The notes below the pieces were generated by a model. It saw only the letters and a program-made list of their open reading frames with translations. It made no database searches and was not told the DNA's origin. The position numbers and the translations under genes were made by a program. Positions 44,470 through 47,325 of a stretch of DNA of 47,325 bases are shown in pieces. The DNA is from a virus (lineage: Duplodnaviria > Heunggongvirae > Uroviricota > Caudoviricetes > Demerecviridae), in the IMG/VR virus record IMGVR_UViG_2706796127_000001, positions 64,001 through 111,325 of that record. One strand, 5' to 3'. The stretch's first letter is position 1. Every line of letters begins with the position of its first letter.

Positions 44470-44981
44470 GTTCTTCTCTCTGTTATTCTTGCTTCTCTAA
44501 GAGCTTTTGCTTCTTCAAGCGATTTACAAGTGCCTAAGTACTCTGTTGTCCCTAAATCTGGATTATTCCACTGTACCAAATATGTATTATATTTGGTAAG
44601 AGTTATATATCTTTCCCCAGTATTAGACTTAGGAGCTTTATTCTTATTATTCTGAGATCTGGTAGTAAGCCTTAAGTTATCTCTTTTATGGTTAGACTTA
44701 TCTAGGTCTATGTGATCTACCTCGAACTCCCCAGGGTCTTCACCTGTAATAAGTTTCCATACGATTCTAGAATAGTAGTATTGTACTCCGTCTAGTATGA
44801 CCTGGAGATAGCCTGAACTTTTATTACATGTTCCGGCAGGTTTACCTGCATACTTAGTATTCCAGGATTTGTGTTGGTATACCTTAACTTCAATCTCTTT
44901 CCAGATTAATTCTCCAGTCTCTTCGTTATAGGAGAATCTTTGGACTAAATAATCATAATCCGGTAGTGGTTTATGTTTCAT
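44466..44981 (-). CDS. HNH homing endonuclease
   Basis: YYSRIVWKLITG...VDHIDLDKSNHKRDNLR. Confidence 0.88.
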   Translation of the reverse strand: MKHKPLPDYDYLVQRFSYNEETGELIWKEIEVKVYQHKSWNTKYAGKPAGTCNKSSGYLQVILDGVQYYYSRIVWKLITGEDPGEFEVDHIDLDKSNHKRDNLRLTTRSQNNKNKAPKSNTGERYITLTKYNTYLVQWNNPDLGTTEYLGTCKSLEEAKALREARITERRT

Positions 44982-45274
44982 TCTTCTATCTCAACATCAC
45001 AGTCATAACGACATGTAAAGGAATTTGAATTGTTCGAACGCTGGGTAGTAATATTACCATTACGGTGAATAGTTACTGCTGGTGTAGAGAAATTTTTGTT
45101 AGTGTATACCTCTACTTTACCATTACGTTCCTTAATATCACGAACTTTACCATACTCGGTAATAATGCCGTTCTGTTGAACTTTAACATTACCATTTTTC
45201 ATAGAAACTTTGGTAGATGCCAGAGAACCGAAACTAACTGCGGAGATCACTAGTGCAATAATAAACTTATTCAT
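44978..45274 (-). CDS. Secreted/periplasmic hypothetical protein
   Basis: Likely start MNKFIIALVISAVSFGSLA|ST signal peptide (98 aa). Confidence 0.7.
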   Translation of the reverse strand: MNKFIIALVISAVSFGSLASTKVSMKNGNVKVQQNGIITEYGKVRDIKERNGKVEVYTNKNFSTPAVTIHRNGNITTQRSNNSNSFTCRYDCDVEIEE

Positions 45275-45548
45275 CTTCATCCTCCCCACTACAATCACGA
45301 CATACATCATAATCGTTGAAAGAACGTTCGTGAGCTTCACACCACCAAGAACAAGAATCGCAGAGAAACATTTCGGTTTTCTCCAGTGCTCGGCCTAAAA
45401 GATCATCAGCTTCCTCAGCAGTAATCTTCAATCCGCACACATCTGCCACACGTTCTTTAATTAAACGACCTGCTTCGTGGTAAGACATACAGGTTCCCGC
45501 AACATCATGTTCAAGAACATGAACAGCACAGTCTAGACGAGTTTTCAT
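45267..45548 (-). CDS. Zn-finger hypothetical protein
   Basis: CDSC...CRDC near the C-terminus. Confidence 0.75.
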   Translation of the reverse strand: MKTRLDCAVHVLEHDVAGTCMSYHEAGRLIKERVADVCGLKITAEEADDLLGRALEKTEMFLCDSCSWWCEAHERSFNDYDVCRDCSGEDEDE

Positions 45549-45578
45549 TTCAAACCTCTCTCATCAATTTATAAACAT

Positions 45579-45607
45579 ATTATAGCAAGAAAAGAGAGGT
45601 TTAGCAA
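45579..45607 (-). promoter_or_regulatory. Early promoter
   Basis: TTGCTA-17 bp-TATAAT. Confidence 0.8.
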
Positions 45608-45624
45608 ATGAATTATTTCAGAAT

Positions 45625-45972
45625 TTAGTCATAGCACCACCATAATCCACGCTTACGCATGTCATGATCGCGATTATAATCATAATTTTCTGGATCTTTC
45701 ATCACGCGGTGGAGTTCTTGACGATTCCCTTGACGAACCATTTTATTAGAATGCCACTTAACATTCTTACTAATAGAATTCCAGTTATAACCATCCTTTT
45801 TCTCATTACGAATGGTTGCTTCCTTCATTTCTTTTTTGATGTCGTCCCAGGATTTGGCATAAATAACACGAATCCAGTAGCCACTTGCTTTGAGGAAAGC
45901 ATATCCCTGGGTGTAATTAGCTTTAGACTTCCACCACTGATCACCAGATTGTTTACGATAAGTACGGCTCAT
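45625..45972 (-). CDS. Basic, Trp-rich hypothetical protein
   Basis: 115 aa, GGAGG SD. Confidence 0.8.
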   Translation of the reverse strand: MSRTYRKQSGDQWWKSKANYTQGYAFLKASGYWIRVIYAKSWDDIKKEMKEATIRNEKKDGYNWNSISKNVKWHSNKMVRQGNRQELHRVMKDPENYDYNRDHDMRKRGLWWCYD

Positions 45973-46049
45973 ATTACCTCCATTAAGTCTTTTAAATTAA
46001 CCTAATGTGGATGAATTTTATTATACATAAATTATTTACCTGTATACAG

Positions 46050-46085
46050 AAAAACCCCAGACTACTTATTCAATAGCTGGGGTTT
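46050..46085. terminator. Intrinsic terminator
   Basis: AAACCCCAG/CTGGGGTTT stem. Confidence 0.7.
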
Positions 46086-46093
46086 GTTATTAA

Positions 46094-46408
46094 TCACAGA
46101 TCGGGGCGTTCATCTTCGAAACAGCCTGAGCTGATTCCTTCTCCGAATCCTACAAAGCCATCAAATTCATCATTTGAAATATCCACAATCAGCGCTTCCA
46201 TTTTCCTAATTTCCGAGGTTTTCATACCTGCTTTACTATTCTTATAATATTTGCGGGGGTTCCCGCACATCCAACAAGAACAGATGCAAGGAGTAGTAGT
46301 GATAATACCTAACCGCTTAGGGCTTTCTTCATGTGGAAAGACTGTCCAGTACTTCTTGCGGTTGTTCTTCACACGTTGCCGGTGATGACGTCTTAATGCT
46401 CGATCCAC
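46094..46408 (-). CDS. Basic hypothetical protein with CxCxCxxC motif
   Basis: 104 aa, GTG start, AGGAG SD. Confidence 0.75.
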   Translation of the reverse strand: MDRALRRHHRQRVKNNRKKYWTVFPHEESPKRLGIITTTPCICSCWMCGNPRKYYKNSKAGMKTSEIRKMEALIVDISNDEFDGFVGFGEGISSGCFEDERPDL

Positions 46409-46489
46409 ACATTTCTCCTAAAACTTGGGAGATAAATGGAGTTTGCTCGACTACCTTGCGTAGCTGGGAGAAATCGTATCCAAATCCCA

Positions 46490-46858
46490 TTACATCGCCT
46501 GAGTAAATGTACGACTAATAACGTCGTTCTGTTGTTCACGAGTCAGTGCGTTAAATCGAACAGCGTAGCCAGAGACACGGATAGTTAATTGAGGGTATTT
46601 TTCAGGGTGTTTCTGTGCATCCAAAAGCTGATCACGACTTAACACATTGACATTTAGGTGCTGACCACCTTCGATTTGAGGAGCGACTTCCACCTTAACT
46701 TCACGGAAGGATTCAGGATCGAATTGTGGTGTGATACCTTCTAGATCTTCAACTAGAACTTTCTGTTTAAGTTCACCGTTATCGGAGTATAGCTGAATGA
46801 TCTGATTTTCATGAACGAGGTTGATTACGCCAGATTTAAGGTTTTGATATGCTTTCAT
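46490..46858 (-). CDS. grcA: Autonomous glycyl radical cofactor (PFL repair protein)
   Basis: [12 protein letters not shown]...[16 protein letters not shown] glycyl-radical motif. Confidence 0.95.
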   Translation of the reverse strand: MKAYQNLKSGVINLVHENQIIQLYSDNGELKQKVLVEDLEGITPQFDPESFREVKVEVAPQIEGGQHLNVNVLSRDQLLDAQKHPEKYPQLTIRVSGYAVRFNALTREQQNDVISRTFTQAM

Positions 46859-46881
46859 TAGATCTCCCCGATGTTAGAATT

Positions 46882-46960
46882 TGGTAGTTAGTAGCGGAAT
46901 TCGAATCCACATAGGCCTGATTCACAATCAGGATCATTAACCAATTATGATATAGCCACA
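46882..46960 (-). tRNA. tRNA-His(GTG) with defective acceptor stem (possible pseudo-tRNA)
   Basis: Anticodon arm CCTGA-TTGTGAA-TCAGG and T arm GTGGA-TTCGAAT-TCCGC are intact and the 3' end is ACCA, but 5' GTGGCTA pairs poorly with 3' TACTAACT. Confidence 0.7.
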
Positions 46961-47188
46961 ATTGAAAACTCGCAGGGTTAGCGAAACCATTCTCAATTAG
47001 CATGTTCTAGAATACTAATCAAGTTATCTCCTATTGCACGCAGCTCAAGACGAGTACGAATTTTCAATTGTGGCGACTCTCAGAAACTCTTCTACTCTAG
47101 CCTTAGCAGCTTACTCCCGAACGCATGTCGGGAAAGTCTTACTAAGAGCATCAAATAGCACCGTTACACTTTGAGCCATAGATGTATC

Positions 47189-47320
47189 AAGAAGCAGAAG
47201 GACTTGAACCCTCACGAGATAGACCATTTATCTCAGCCGCTTTATGAGGTATGTTGCGAGGAGTGGATGTTCCCCATAAACCTTTTAGGCAGCCCCGTCT
47301 ACCGATTCCGGCATACTTCA
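47189..47320 (-). ncRNA. tRNA-like RNA (Leu/Ser-type scaffold) with a 48-nt structured anticodon region and no encoded CCA
   Basis: GAAGTA/TGCTTC acceptor, D arm GCCGGAATCGGTAGACG, GCTGC/GCGGC anticodon stem, long variable arm, T arm GAGGG-TTCAAGT-CCTTC. Confidence 0.7.
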
Positions 47321-47325
47321 AGATT

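Noticed and set aside
29770-46005. Plus-strand ORFs antisense to early genes (e.g. 29892-30194, 35529-35888, 42672-43073, 45664-46005)
   Set aside because: All promoters and SDs found here point to the minus strand; these are antisense shadows
47046-47179. Mini-ORF MAQSVTVLFDALSKTFPTCVRE*AAKARVEEFLRVATIENSYSS as stop-codon readthrough or pseudogene
   Set aside because: Too short and no homology available to support it; it could be chance, and would need comparison with relatives
47241-47289. Group I or other self-splicing intron in the tRNA-like gene
   Set aside because: The insert is only ~41 nt beyond a normal loop, far too short for a group I/II core, and no exon junction restores a clean 7-nt anticodon loop
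1-47325. Integrase, repressor, rRNA or transposase
   Set aside because: No recognisable motifs; content is consistent with a strictly lytic T5-like phage

Overview
A ~47 kb piece of a lytic T5-like siphophage (Tequintavirus/Markadamsvirinae-type, enterobacterial host). The assignment rests on recognised protein families and T5 gene order; no database search was run. The window reads across the collapsed terminal-repeat junction. (1) 1-16.2 kb, minus strand: late structural genes (partial tape measure pb2, tail chaperones, p140, major tail pb6, neck genes, capsid pb8, protease, decoration, portal, nicking endonuclease, terminase large and small, receptor-binding protein), then the divergent llp lipoprotein. 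(2) ~17.7-28 kb: first-step-transfer/pre-early region (dmp, A1, A2, small genes) ending in the repeat-rich injection-stop region. (3) 28.7-47.3 kb, minus strand: early genes (phosphoesterases, thioredoxin, endolysin, holin, ClpP-like protein, dNMP kinase, spanins, GrcA-like protein) and the start of the tRNA cluster. There are nine free-standing homing-endonuclease-like genes. The most striking unexplained signal is a cluster of apparent binding sites for HOST regulators in the first-injected DNA: about 10 Fur-box-like palindromes, two inverted ~115-bp modules each with 4 DnaA-box-like sites plus a consensus LexA box, and a promoter-driven GGA-rich (CsrA-sponge-like) small RNA just beyond. Also notable are a tRNA-shaped RNA whose anticodon loop is replaced by a stem displaying an anti-Shine-Dalgarno-like loop, and an endonuclease insertion that un-overlapped the two spanin genes.
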